Shown here: positions 39,045 through 51,041 of the stretch, piece after piece
Layout of the letters: each line of letters starts with the position of its first letter
Numbering within the stretch: position 1 is the stretch's first letter
Assembly (NCBI RefSeq): GCF_028368995.1
Contig: NZ_JAQNDL010000002.1
Coordinates: forward strand, 1,280,001-1,344,000
Length of the DNA: 64,000 nucleotides
Direction of reading: 5' to 3'
Origin: Nannocystis bainbridge
GTDB taxonomy: Bacteria; Myxococcota_A; Polyangia; Nannocystales; Nannocystaceae
The notes under the pieces: generated by a model
What the model saw: only the letters and a program-made list of their open reading frames with translations
What the model was told of the DNA's origin: nothing
The model's database searches: none
Position numbers and translations under genes: made by a program

Positions 39045-40604
39045 GTGACGGGCTTCGTGTCGATCGTCGGCGCCGGTCCCTGGGACCCGGAACTACTCAC
39101 CCTGGCGGGGCGCGAGCGGCTGACCCGGGCGGACGTGGTGATCGCGGATTACCTGGTCAACCCGGCGCTGTTCTCCCATTGTCGTGCGGACGTCCACCTG
39201 TTCCAGCGCACCGAGAGCCCGCACGCGGGGGCCCACGGCGAGCCGGTGCCCGACCAGGAGACGATCAATCGCCTGATGGTCGAGCGCGCGGCGGCGGGGC
39301 TGTACGTGGTCCGCCTCAAAGGCGGCGACCCGATGGTGTTCGGCCGCGGCGCCGAGGAGGCCGAGGTGCTGGCGGCGCGTGGGATCCCGTTCGAGTTCGT
39401 GCCGGGGGTCAGCGCGGCGATCGCCGCGCCGGAGGCGGCCGGGATCCCGGTGACGCATCGCGACCACGCGCCGTGCGTGAGCCTGGTGTCAGGCTACGAG
39501 GCGTACGAGAAGGGCGGGCGCGCGGTCGACTGGGAGCACCTGGCCAAAGGGACAGGTACGCTGGTGTTGATGATGAGCGTGCGCAACTGCCGGCAGAACG
39601 CGGAGCGGCTGATCGCGGCCGGGCGCGATCCGGCGACGCCGTCGGCGGTGATCCGCTGGGGCACGCGGGGGATCCAGCGCACGCTGGTGGCACCGCTGGC
39701 GCAGATCGCCGATCGCGTCGAGGCGGAGGGCCTGCGCCCGCCGGCGGTGATGGTGGTCGGCAGCGTGGTCGACCTGCGGCGGTCGACGCAGTGGTTCGAG
39801 CGCCGGCCGCTGTTCGGCAAGCGGGTGGTGGTGACGCGGGCGCGGCACCAGGCGAGCGACCTGCTGCAGCTGCTGGCAGGTCAAGGCGCCGACGCGGTGT
39901 CGGTGCCGTGCCTCGACATCGCGCCGCCCGACGATCTGGCGCTGCTCAGCGGGGCGGCGCAGAGCCTGGACGAGGTCGACGGGGTGATCCTCTCGAGCCC
40001 GAACGGGGTGCGCGCGTGGTTCGACGCGCTGGCCGGGCTCGAGCTCGATGTGCGGGCGCTGCACGGGAAGTGCCTGGCGGCGATCGGGACGGGCACGGCC
40101 AATGCTTGCTGGGAGCGCGGGATCCGGCCGGACATCGTGCCGTCGGCGGCGCGCTCGGAGGGGCTGGTCGAGACGCTGGCGTCGCGCGGGCTGCTGGAGC
40201 GCCGGTGGCTGCACGTGCGCGCCGACGAGGGCCGCGACCTGATCGGCGAGGCGGTGCGCGCGGCGGGCGGGACCTATCGGCTGGTGGTCGGCTACCGCGT
40301 GACGCGGCCGAAGGTGCCGGGGTTGCTGACGCGTTCGCTGCTGCCGCTCGAGCACGGCGGCGAGGGCACCGACGCGATCTGCTTCGCCAGCGGCAAGACG
40401 GCGCGCAACTTCGTCGATACGTTGATGGAGGCGCACGGGGAGGCGCTGACGCAGGAGATCCTGCGCCGCGCGCGACTGGTGGCGCTGGGGCCGGTGACCG
40501 CGGCGGCGCTCGAGGCGATGGACCTGCGACCGGACGCGGTGGCGGGCGGGCTCAGCGACGAGGCGATGCTGGCGGCGGTGATCGAGGCGCTGGGCCGCGG
40601 GTAG
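39045..40604 (+). CDS. cobA: Fused uroporphyrinogen-III C-methyltransferase / uroporphyrinogen-III synthase (CobA-HemD)
   Basis: VGAGPWDPELLT, VRLKGGDPMVFGRG, VPGVS, GIPVTHR, then RPLFGKRVVVTRA, LSSPNGV and FASG. Confidence 0.92.
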   Translation: MTGFVSIVGAGPWDPELLTLAGRERLTRADVVIADYLVNPALFSHCRADVHLFQRTESPHAGAHGEPVPDQETINRLMVERAAAGLYVVRLKGGDPMVFGRGAEEAEVLAARGIPFEFVPGVSAAIAAPEAAGIPVTHRDHAPCVSLVSGYEAYEKGGRAVDWEHLAKGTGTLVLMMSVRNCRQNAERLIAAGRDPATPSAVIRWGTRGIQRTLVAPLAQIADRVEAEGLRPPAVMVVGSVVDLRRSTQWFERRPLFGKRVVVTRARHQASDLLQLLAGQGADAVSVPCLDIAPPDDLALLSGAAQSLDEVDGVILSSPNGVRAWFDALAGLELDVRALHGKCLAAIGTGTANACWERGIRPDIVPSAARSEGLVETLASRGLLERRWLHVRADEGRDLIGEAVRAAGGTYRLVVGYRVTRPKVPGLLTRSLLPLEHGGEGTDAICFASGKTARNFVDTLMEAHGEALTQEILRRARLVALGPVTAAALEAMDLRPDAVAGGLSDEAMLAAVIEALGRG

Positions 40605-40741
40605 CGGGGCCGGCGAGCCGTGCGCCGCGCCCGAGGTCGGGGGAGCAGAGGGGGTCGTGTCCGGCGATTGCGGGCGCGCGGAGGCGTTCGCGCCCGCGAG
40701 TGTTTGTCGGTTCACGGACGGACCGGTATCGTAGGGCGGCG

Positions 40742-41977
40742 ATGAGCTTTCTTCGCCAGTACGCGGCGAGCGAGGCCGAGGCGCGGAGGGCCCTGACGCT
40801 GCGGTGGCTGGCGGGGCGGCCGCGCGAGCTGTTCGCCGAGCTGCAGCGCGAGCGGCCGATCCTGGTGACGCCGGGTCTGGTGCTGGTGACGCGCCACGCG
40901 GAGGCGCTCGAGGTGCTGAGCCGCGGCGATGTGTTTTCAGGACATGTCCTCGAGGCCAGGCGGCACGCGCTGTTCGGCGGGTTCTCGCTGGCCGAGCGCG
41001 AGGGGCCGCGGGCGGCGGCCGAGGCGGCGCTGGTGCGGGTGTGCGTGCGGGGGGACGACGCGGACCGGGTGGCGGCGATGAGCCACGACGCGGCGGTGGG
41101 GGCGATGCTGGCAGCGAGCAGCCGCGGCGGGCTCGACGTGGTGCGGGATCTGGCGCACGTGGTGGCGGGGCGGGTGGCGGCGGAGTACCTCGGGGTCAGC
41201 GGGCCGGAGGAGAGCACGCTGGTGCGGTGGGTCGAGGCGATCGCGCGCGATGTCGACGACAACCCCGGGGGCGACAGCGAGATCCACGAGGAGGCCCGCG
41301 CGGCGGTGGCGGAGCTCGGCGGGTACACCGACACGATGGTGGCGTCGCGCCGGGCGCAGCGAGCGTCGGGGCGGATGGCGGGCGACGACGTGCTGGGGCG
41401 GCTGGTGGCGCTGGGGCACCAGCGGCTCGAGGAGCGACGCCTGCGTGAGGTGCTGTTGGCGCTGCTCGTGGCGGCGGTGGAGCCGATCGCGGCCTCGATC
41501 GCGCTGGCGATCGGCGAGCTGATCGATCGGCCCGGGGCGCTGCAGGTGGCCCGCGCGGCGGCGCTGGCCGGCGACGATGCGGGGCTGTGGGCGGTGCTGC
41601 GCGAGGCGCTGCGGTTCTCGCCGCCGCGGCTGACGGTGTGGCGGAGGTGCGAGCAGCGGTATCACCTGGCCCAGGGGACAGGCGACGAGGTGACCGTCGA
41701 CGCCGGCACGGCGGTGGTGGTGGCCATCGCGGCGGCGGCGTTCGATCCGGCGCGCGTCGACGAGCCGGAGCACTTTCGCCTCGACCGGCCGGAGCAGCAC
41801 GATTTCCTGTTCGGCGAGGGGCCGCACGCCTGTCTGGGCCGACACGTGGCGATCGCGGCGGTGCGCGAGGCCTGCAAGGTGCTGCTGGGCCACGAGTTCC
41901 GCCTGTCGGGGCCGCTGCGGCGCGACGGCGGGCGGCCGATCGGATTCCCGATCGCGGTGGCGCCGTTGCCCAAGTAG
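40742..41977 (+). CDS. Cytochrome P450
   Basis: ExxR motif EALR, meander FDP...FRLDRP, and heme motif FGEGPHACLG. Confidence 0.9.
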   Translation: MSFLRQYAASEAEARRALTLRWLAGRPRELFAELQRERPILVTPGLVLVTRHAEALEVLSRGDVFSGHVLEARRHALFGGFSLAEREGPRAAAEAALVRVCVRGDDADRVAAMSHDAAVGAMLAASSRGGLDVVRDLAHVVAGRVAAEYLGVSGPEESTLVRWVEAIARDVDDNPGGDSEIHEEARAAVAELGGYTDTMVASRRAQRASGRMAGDDVLGRLVALGHQRLEERRLREVLLALLVAAVEPIAASIALAIGELIDRPGALQVARAAALAGDDAGLWAVLREALRFSPPRLTVWRRCEQRYHLAQGTGDEVTVDAGTAVVVAIAAAAFDPARVDEPEHFRLDRPEQHDFLFGEGPHACLGRHVAIAAVREACKVLLGHEFRLSGPLRRDGGRPIGFPIAVAPLPK

Positions 41978-42283
41978 CTGCGGTTGGAGCGACGCGAGAG
42001 CGGGTGCGGCCGCAGGGTTCTTCCGCGGTCGTAAAGGCCGACACGTGGTTCGGCGCCGGATCGGAGCTGGCCTTCGGGACAGGTGAGAGTGGGCAGCGAG
42101 CTCGGGCGTGGTGAGCGCTCCTAGCGCCCTACTCGACGCAAGGAGCGGGTGAGGGTTCGCGCCGGGGCCCCGGCGAGCCCGGCGACAGCCTCCGAACCCT
42201 GTTTGGCGCGGTTTGGCGGCGAGAACGGGCGGACGGCAGTGGCGGGGAGGTGCGTGCTGGCCCGCTCGTGCCATGGAAGCGTC

Positions 42284-42847
42284 ATGACGACCGGGCAAGG
42301 CAGCTTCTCCACCGACATCGCGACCATCCGCAAGCGAGCGCGTGAGCACCTCGAGCAGGGCGCGCTGACCCCCAACTATGGCGCCGATGTGGAGACGGCG
42401 ATCCGCGTGCTCAACGAGGCGCTGGCGACCGAGATCGTATGCGTCCTCCGCTACCGCTTCCACGCGGTCACGGCGACCGGGATCGCCAGCGAGGCGGTCA
42501 AGGCGGAGTTCGAGGAGCACGCGCAGGAAGAAGAGGCGCACATGCTGTGGATCGCCGAACGTATCAATCAGCTCGGCGGTAAGCCCAACTTCAGCCCCGA
42601 CGGGCTGTCGAGCCGCTCGGCGTCGCAGTACGTCGAGGGCGAGAACCTGGTCGACATGATCAAGGAAGACCTGGTGGCGGAGCGGATCGCGATCGAGACG
42701 TATCGCGAGATGATCCGCTACTTCGCGGCGAACGACCCGACGACGCGCATGCTTCTCGAGAAGATCCTGGCGCAGGAAGAGGAGCACGCGAACGACATGC
42801 ACGACCTGCTGGTCGCGCACGAAGGCAAGCCGATGCTCGATCACTAG
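42284..42847 (+). CDS. Ferritin-like / bacterioferritin family protein
   Basis: LNEALATE, EEEAH, RINQLGG, EDLVAERIAI and QEEEHA diiron motifs. Confidence 0.87.
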   Translation: MTTGQGSFSTDIATIRKRAREHLEQGALTPNYGADVETAIRVLNEALATEIVCVLRYRFHAVTATGIASEAVKAEFEEHAQEEEAHMLWIAERINQLGGKPNFSPDGLSSRSASQYVEGENLVDMIKEDLVAERIAIETYREMIRYFAANDPTTRMLLEKILAQEEEHANDMHDLLVAHEGKPMLDH

Positions 42848-42955
42848 GCGTCAGGCTGCCCAGGCGCTGGAGCGGGGGCCTGCCCGGTGGCGGCCCGCCG
42901 TGGCGGTGACAGCCTCGTGGTGATGTCGAGTGACCTGTCCGCAGGGGCAGGTCGC

Positions 42956-43321
42956 TCAACGTCCGTCCAGCTGGCCATCGAGCCAGGCGAGCGCTTCGGG
43001 CTCGGCGGCGAAGATCCGGAGGGTGTCGCTCTTGCCGGTGATGCGGAGCATCAGGTTGATGGCGGCGCGGACCAGTGGGCTGCTCGTGACCGTGGCGGTC
43101 GGCCCGGCTTCGGTCACCTGGACCAGGATCTTGCGCGCCTCGGTGGTGTACTCGGTGCCGCGAGTGACCACGCAGATCGTGGGCCGCATGAAGTGCGGGC
43201 CGCCCCTCGTGAAATGCTGGACGTAGGCCTCGGCCTCCGCCGTGTCAAACACGCCCGTGACGCCGACGCGCACGTAGCCGCGGCCCCGGGGCGTCACGCG
43301 CTCTTCGAAGACGATCGGCAT
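42956..43321 (-). CDS. Small SpoIIAA/STAS-SEC14-like protein
   Basis: About 120 aa alpha/beta protein ending RIFAAEPEALAWL, typical of this myxobacterial family. Confidence 0.6.
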   Translation of the reverse strand: MPIVFEERVTPRGRGYVRVGVTGVFDTAEAEAYVQHFTRGGPHFMRPTICVVTRGTEYTTEARKILVQVTEAGPTATVTSSPLVRAAINLMLRITGKSDTLRIFAAEPEALAWLDGQLDGR

Positions 43322-43710
43322 GCTCGAGCGGAGCTTCGACTGTAGTGAAGTCGGCCGGGCGGATCAACGTGGCGGGCGGCGGCTGCAGCTGACGTCAGGT
43401 CAGGCGCCCGGGCGGGGTGATGGCCGATCGGTGGGTCGTGTTCTGAGAGGGAAAGACAGCCCGCTCTGTCGTGGCGCGCGGGTGAAGCCGGGTGAGCGCG
43501 GAGCTCGGGCGAATTCTGTGTCGGCGCTGGAAGACCATGGGTCGCCGAGGCCACGGTTCGTGGCGCGGTCACGCGCGGCGTTCGCCTGGGCTTCGGTCGG
43601 GGCCGGGGTCCGCGGGTGCGCACGACGAGGCCGCGAGGACCGAGGCCGTCGCGGCGCGATGGGCGGCGGGATCGTCGCGGCGCGAGGCGATGCCGTGATC
43701 CGCAAGGACA

Positions 43711-43780
43711 TGGCCTGAAGCGCATGCTCTGAAGGACATGCCTTAGAGGACATGTCGTGATGGACATGGCGTGAGGGACA
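43711..43780. repeat. Phased array of five 14-bp palindromic units
   Basis: TGGCCTGAAGCGCA TGCTCTGAAGGACA TGCCTTAGAGGACA TGTCGTGATGGACA TGGCGTGAGGGACA. Confidence 0.85.
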
Positions 43781-43785
43781 GGCAG

Positions 43786-45063
43786 TCACCCGCCCCAGAA
43801 GGCGACCACGTCGGCGATGGTGTCGCGCGGGCGCAGGACGGTGACGGCGTCGCCGTCGAGGCCGAGGGCGATCGGGATCGCGCGGCTGCAGTAGCGCGAC
43901 CACATCGAGAGGGTGTAGGCGCCGGTGTCGCGGATCAGCACGTGGTCGCCAGGGGCGAGGGCGGGCAGCGGGAGGTCGCGGGCGAGCAGGTCGCCGCCGA
44001 AGCACAGCGGGCCGGCGAGGGTGGTGGCGACGGGGTCGCCGGCGATCGGGTGGCCGTCCGGGTCCAGGGCGAGGAAGTCGTGGTGCCACTCGTTCGGCCG
44101 GTAGACGCGGCGGACGAACAGATCGGCGCCGACGTGGAGGACGGCGACCGGGCCGGGCTTGACGACCTCGACGCGCGAGACGACGAAGCCGCAGTCGGCC
44201 AGGAGCGAGCGGCCGAACTCGGTGACGAGCAGAATGTCGGTCTGGAACAGCTCGGGGATGGCGGCGCGCAGGGCTGCGGCGTAGGCGGCGGGGGTGAGGC
44301 GCGGGGCGTCGTCGCGGTACTGCGCCGGCAGGCCGCCGCCGAGGTCGAACATGTCGATCGGGTCGTGGCGCGTGGCGCTCAGCTCGCGCCGCAGCTGCCA
44401 CACGCGGGCGACGCCGTCGACGAGCTCGGGGATGGTGGTGCCCTGCGAGCCGATGTGGACGTGCAGGCCGCTGAGGAAGCGGTGACGCGCGAAGGCGTCG
44501 AGGATCGCGGGGCGCTGCGACAGGGGGACGCCGAAGCGGCTGCCGCGGTGGCCGACGCTGGTGAGGGCGAGGGCGGCCTCGGCGAGCTCGGGGTTGATCC
44601 GCAGGCCGATCCGGCTGCGGCTGGCTGGCGTGTGAAGGGCGGCGATCCGCTCGAGCTCGGCGAAGTTGTCGGCGTTGATCCGCAGGCCCAGGTGCAGGGC
44701 CTCGGCCAGCTCGGGCACGGTCTTGGCGGGCGAGTCGAAGACGATCCGGTCGGGGCTGCAACCTGCGCGAAGGGCCAGGTGAACCTCCTCGATCGAGGCG
44801 GCCTCGAGGCCGAACCCCGCGGCCACGACGACGCGCAAAAGGTTTAAAAGGGGGTTGGCCTTGATCGCTACGGTGTGGAGGGCGCGCGGGGCGGTGAAGG
44901 CGAGCGTGAGGTCGGCGAGCTTGGTGCGCAGACGATCGAGGTCGTGGACGAGGACCGCAGGCTCGTCGGCGTGGCCGGCGGCGCGGACGCGGCGGTAGGC
45001 CGCGGCGAGCTGCTGCGGAGCGGGACGAGCGTCGACGCGGGGCATGAGCTCAGCGTCGCGCAT
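43786..45063 (-). CDS. Fold-type III PLP decarboxylase, diaminopimelate decarboxylase-like
   Basis: AIKANP, HVHIGSQ, DLGGG, EFGR, GPLC and TGAY motifs. Confidence 0.85.
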   Translation of the reverse strand: MRDAELMPRVDARPAPQQLAAAYRRVRAAGHADEPAVLVHDLDRLRTKLADLTLAFTAPRALHTVAIKANPLLNLLRVVVAAGFGLEAASIEEVHLALRAGCSPDRIVFDSPAKTVPELAEALHLGLRINADNFAELERIAALHTPASRSRIGLRINPELAEAALALTSVGHRGSRFGVPLSQRPAILDAFARHRFLSGLHVHIGSQGTTIPELVDGVARVWQLRRELSATRHDPIDMFDLGGGLPAQYRDDAPRLTPAAYAAALRAAIPELFQTDILLVTEFGRSLLADCGFVVSRVEVVKPGPVAVLHVGADLFVRRVYRPNEWHHDFLALDPDGHPIAGDPVATTLAGPLCFGGDLLARDLPLPALAPGDHVLIRDTGAYTLSMWSRYCSRAIPIALGLDGDAVTVLRPRDTIADVVAFWGG

Positions 45064-45360
45064 GTCGTGGGGCCGTGCCAGCCGCGGCCGCTGTGCATGC
45101 GCGTGCAGGGCGGTCGCCCGATCGAAGGCGAGAGGGCAGCAGGCGTACGTGCGGCCCAGTCGCCGGCGGTTGTTGGGCGTACGCAGGGACCGCCGATTGG
45201 TCCGCGCGGGGCGGTCACGGGGCGCTTGAACGAGCTACGAGGCGACGCTGCACGGGGCGCTTGAACGAGCTCCGACGCGGCGCTGCACTGCCGGCGCGAG
45301 CGCGGCAGGACAGGGGCAGCAGGCAGGCGGCGTGCTCGCCGGTGGCCGGCGTGCTGCGCC

Positions 45361-46713
45361 TCAGTTGCGTTCGCCGGCGAGGATCGCCTTGGCGGCGTCG
45401 TGGCCGCTCTGGACCGCCGACTCGATCGTCGCGGGGAGGCCGGTGCGGACCCAGTCGCCGGCCATGTAGAGGCCGCGCACGGGGCCGGTGACTTCGGGGC
45501 GGCAGTGGTAGGTGCCGGCCGCGTGGGAGATGGTGGCGCGCTTCTCCTTGATGACCTTGAAGCGCTTGATCGCGGGACCCTGGGGGCCGGCGGCGGGGAA
45601 GTAGCGCTGCAGCTCGGACTGCAGCAGCGCCTGCAGGGTCTCGGGCGGGTCGTCGACGCAGGCCCGGGCGGCGCTGATCGTGCAGTTCATCATGGCCTCG
45701 CCGCCGACCTCGCCTTCGATGCGCGAGCGGTTGAACATCCAGTGCAGCGGGCCGGCGACCAGGCCGATGAACGGATCTTCGAACGGCGCGCGGTCGACCG
45801 AGAACCACAGGTTGACGATCGGCGACGGGCGCAGGCGGGCGATGTCCTGATAGACGGGGTGGCTCGGCAGGGCGCCCGGGAGCATGTCGAGGAAGGCCTG
45901 CGGGGGGACCGACGAGACGACCACGTCGGCCGCGAGGGTCTCGCCCGACTTGAGGGTGACGCCGGTGACGCGGGCGTTCGTGACCTCGAGCGCGCGCACC
46001 GGCTCGCCGAGGCGCAGGTCGCAGCCGCGGGCGCGCAGGTAGGCCAGCGCTTGCTCGACGTAGAGGCGCGACAGCGGGACCTTGGGCACGCCGAGGCGCG
46101 AGGCGTCGCGGCTGGTGAGGAAGGCGCGGTCGAGCACGGCGGTGAACATCGCCGCCGACGAGACCAGCGGGTCGTCGTTGAGGGTGCCCCAGATGAGCGG
46201 GTCCCAGAAGGCGTTGCGCAGGGTCGGCGTCTGGCCGAGGCGGCGCAGCCAGCTGTCGCAGGTCTCGTTGTCGTCGGGGCGCTGGACCTCGCCGCGCAGC
46301 ATGAGGCCGGCGCGCAGGGCCGCGGCCTTGTCGAGCAAGCCGAGGCCGCGCATCGTCAGCAGGCCGGTGGCGAGGTGCAGCGGCGCGGGCAGGGCCGGGC
46401 ACTGCAGGTGCAGCCGCTTGCCGCCCGGCTTCACCATCGTCACTTCGAGGTTCTTCTGGAAGTAGATGCCGTCGGTGCTGTCGATCGCGCGCAGGAACGC
46501 CAGGGTCTCGCGGTAGCAGCCCATCAGCAGGTGCTGGCCGTTGTCGACCTCGCGGTCGAGGGTGGAGTCGTGGAACGAGCGGGCCCGGCCGCCGCCGGCG
46601 CGGGTGGCCTCGATCAGGGTGACGACCCGGCCGGCCTCGGCCAGGCGCACGGCCGCGGACAGGCCGGCGAGGCCGCCGCCGATCACGATGACGCTGCGGG
46701 TGCTTTCGGACAT
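45361..46713 (-). CDS. hpnE: Hydroxysqualene dehydroxylase
   Basis: GGGLAGL, GGRARSF, DNGQHLLMGCY, KEKRAT, AGDW..TGLPATIESAVQSG motifs; follows hpnCD. Confidence 0.9.
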   Translation of the reverse strand: MSESTRSVIVIGGGLAGLSAAVRLAEAGRVVTLIEATRAGGGRARSFHDSTLDREVDNGQHLLMGCYRETLAFLRAIDSTDGIYFQKNLEVTMVKPGGKRLHLQCPALPAPLHLATGLLTMRGLGLLDKAAALRAGLMLRGEVQRPDDNETCDSWLRRLGQTPTLRNAFWDPLIWGTLNDDPLVSSAAMFTAVLDRAFLTSRDASRLGVPKVPLSRLYVEQALAYLRARGCDLRLGEPVRALEVTNARVTGVTLKSGETLAADVVVSSVPPQAFLDMLPGALPSHPVYQDIARLRPSPIVNLWFSVDRAPFEDPFIGLVAGPLHWMFNRSRIEGEVGGEAMMNCTISAARACVDDPPETLQALLQSELQRYFPAAGPQGPAIKRFKVIKEKRATISHAAGTYHCRPEVTGPVRGLYMAGDWVRTGLPATIESAVQSGHDAAKAILAGERN

Positions 46714-46796
46714 GACGGAAGGGACATTCTCGAGAGGACAGGGCCGAAGCGACAGGTCCGAATGGACATGTCCGCCCGGACAGGACGGTCAGGACA
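46699..46796. repeat. Phased array of seven 14-bp units filling the hpnD-hpnE spacer
   Basis: GACA recurs exactly every 14 bp, seven times. Confidence 0.85.
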
Positions 46797-47706
46797 GGAC
46801 GCTGGCGCCGGCGCGGGCCAGCGCGAAGGCGGCGACGCGCAGCTTGTCGCGGCGGCGCAGCGAGGCGCGGCGGGTGAACACGTTGTAGTTGCGGGCCCGG
46901 ATCTCCTGCAGGATCTCGTAGTAGGTGCGGCCCATGATCTCGGCCGGCAGCAGGCGGCGCTGCGGGATGTCCGGCAGCAGGGCCCAGGCGGCGTGGTACT
47001 CGCGCTCGGCCGCGGCGGCGAAGTCGGCCGCGGCGCCGACGAACCGGCCGTCGTAGCGGTAGTTGAAGATGTCGTCGGGCGTCAGGCCGTGGCGGGCCAG
47101 CAGCTCGAGCGGGAGGTAGATCCGGCCGCGCGCGGCGTCCTCGGCGACGTCGCGGAGGATGTTGGTGTACTGCAGCGCGAGCCCGAGGTGCTCGGCGTAG
47201 CGGCGGGTCTGCTCGCGCTGGTCCTTGAAGATGGCGACGCACAGGAAGCCGACGCACGAGGCGACGCGGTAGCAGTAGAGCCGCAGCTGCTCCATGTCGT
47301 CGTAGGTGCTGCGGTCGAGGTCCATCGCCACGCCGGCGATGATCTCGTCGAAGGCCTCGCGCGGGTAGTGGAAGTGCTTGTTGCTCTCGGCCAGCTGGCG
47401 CCCGAGCTCGGTGTGCGGCGGGTCGTCGTCGACGTAGGCGTCGCCGTAGATCCGCGCGACCTCGGCGCTCCAGAAGGCCAGCGCGCGGCGGGCCGACTCC
47501 TCGCCGACGGGGCCCGGCTCGCGCTCGTCGACGATGTCGTCGACGACGCGGCAGAACTCGTAGACCTGCTTGAGGCCCTCGCGCTGCTCGGGGCCCAGGA
47601 ACAGGAACGCGAACTTGAAGTTCGAGTTGGAGCGCTGGAGCAGGCGCCGCCACAGCGCCGCGGCGCCGCTCGGGATGGTGCGCGCGAGTTCCATGAACTG
47701 GGCCAT
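46789..47706 (-). CDS. hpnD: Presqualene diphosphate synthase
   Basis: SNFKFAF, FCRVVDDIVD, YCYRVAS and LQYTNILRDVAEDAARGRIYLP motifs. Confidence 0.88.
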   Translation of the reverse strand: MAQFMELARTIPSGAAALWRRLLQRSNSNFKFAFLFLGPEQREGLKQVYEFCRVVDDIVDEREPGPVGEESARRALAFWSAEVARIYGDAYVDDDPPHTELGRQLAESNKHFHYPREAFDEIIAGVAMDLDRSTYDDMEQLRLYCYRVASCVGFLCVAIFKDQREQTRRYAEHLGLALQYTNILRDVAEDAARGRIYLPLELLARHGLTPDDIFNYRYDGRFVGAAADFAAAAEREYHAAWALLPDIPQRRLLPAEIMGRTYYEILQEIRARNYNVFTRRASLRRRDKLRVAAFALARAGASVLS

Positions 47707-47714
47707 CGTGCGGT

Positions 47715-48689
47715 CTAGACCTCGCCGCGGAGGAAGCGGCGGCCGAACGAGAAGATCGAGCGCGCGGCGATGCCGAGCATGTCCTGCTTCTCGAGGGTGG
47801 GGCGGAAGGCGAGCACCTCGTAGTCGAGGTCCTCGATGCGCTGGAGGATGGCCATGCCGCCGCGCCAGGTCGCCTCGAGCTCCATCGAAAGGCCAGGCTC
47901 GACGCGGCGGACCAGCGGGTAGCCGCGGAGGAACATGCTGCGGCAGCGCGAGACCGAGAACGCCATCAGCTCCTTGAAGGCGCGGGTGTGGCGGCCGGCG
48001 AGCAGGTCCTCGCGGGTGACGTTGAAGTGGACGAGGTCCTCCTCGGGCAGGTAGCAGCGGCCGCGCGGGGTGTCGACGCTCAGGTCCTGGAGGAAGTTGG
48101 CGATCTGCAGGGCGGCGCAGATCTCGTCGCTGAAGCGGTGCAGCTCCGGCTCCTGGTGCCCGTGCACGTAGAGCACGAGCTGGCCGACCGGGTGGGCCGA
48201 GTGCTTGCAGTAGTGACGCAGCTCGGCGAACGTGCCGTAGCGCTTCTGCGTCAGGTCCATGCGGAAGGCGGTCAGCAGCGCCTTGAACGGGCCGATCGGG
48301 ATGTTGTGGCGGCGCACCGTGTCGCGCAGGGCCAAAAACACCGGGTGCTGGACCTCCTTGTGGTAGGCGGCGACCAGCAGCTGCTCCCAGCGATCGAGGG
48401 CGTCGACGCGGCGGGCCTCGAAGCGCGGCTCGTCGGCGAAGTCGTCGGCGGTGCGGGCGAACGCGTAGATCGCCATGATGTTGGGCCGCAGGTGCGCCGG
48501 CAGGAAGCGCGAGGCGACCGGGAAGTTCTCGTAGTGGGTGGTGGCCATGCGCTCGCAGTAGCGGTAGGCCGTCTCGAGGGTCCACGGCCCGGGCGGGGCG
48601 CCGTCGGGCGAGCTGACGCGCTGGCCCTCGAGGTCGCCGTCGGGGGGCGGGGGGACGCAGAAGAGGCGGGGTTCCGTGGCGCTGACCAT
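47715..48689 (-). CDS. hpnC: Hydroxysqualene synthase
   Basis: HYENFPVAS, YAFARTADDFADE, YCKHSAHPVG and LQIANFLQD motifs. Confidence 0.92.
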   Translation of the reverse strand: MVSATEPRLFCVPPPPDGDLEGQRVSSPDGAPPGPWTLETAYRYCERMATTHYENFPVASRFLPAHLRPNIMAIYAFARTADDFADEPRFEARRVDALDRWEQLLVAAYHKEVQHPVFLALRDTVRRHNIPIGPFKALLTAFRMDLTQKRYGTFAELRHYCKHSAHPVGQLVLYVHGHQEPELHRFSDEICAALQIANFLQDLSVDTPRGRCYLPEEDLVHFNVTREDLLAGRHTRAFKELMAFSVSRCRSMFLRGYPLVRRVEPGLSMELEATWRGGMAILQRIEDLDYEVLAFRPTLEKQDMLGIAARSIFSFGRRFLRGEV

Positions 48690-48782
48690 GACGGGTTCTC
48701 CGAGGAGTAGGCGAGGCGAGGCGAGTCGTGGGCGGCGGTGCGGGAGCGAGGCCGTCGCGGGTTCTCGAGGATGAGCGGAAGT

Positions 48783-51037
<2,255 letters not shown>

Positions 51038-51041
<4 letters not shown>

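Noticed and set aside
38903-41977. 1024-aa P450 fusion ORF
   Set aside because: The upstream part is an off-frame shadow of cobA-hemD; the P450 plausibly starts at ATG 40742.
45217-45271. 21-bp direct repeat CACGGGGCGCTTGAACGAGCT as an operator or att site
   Set aside because: Only two copies 34 bp apart, with no supporting context.
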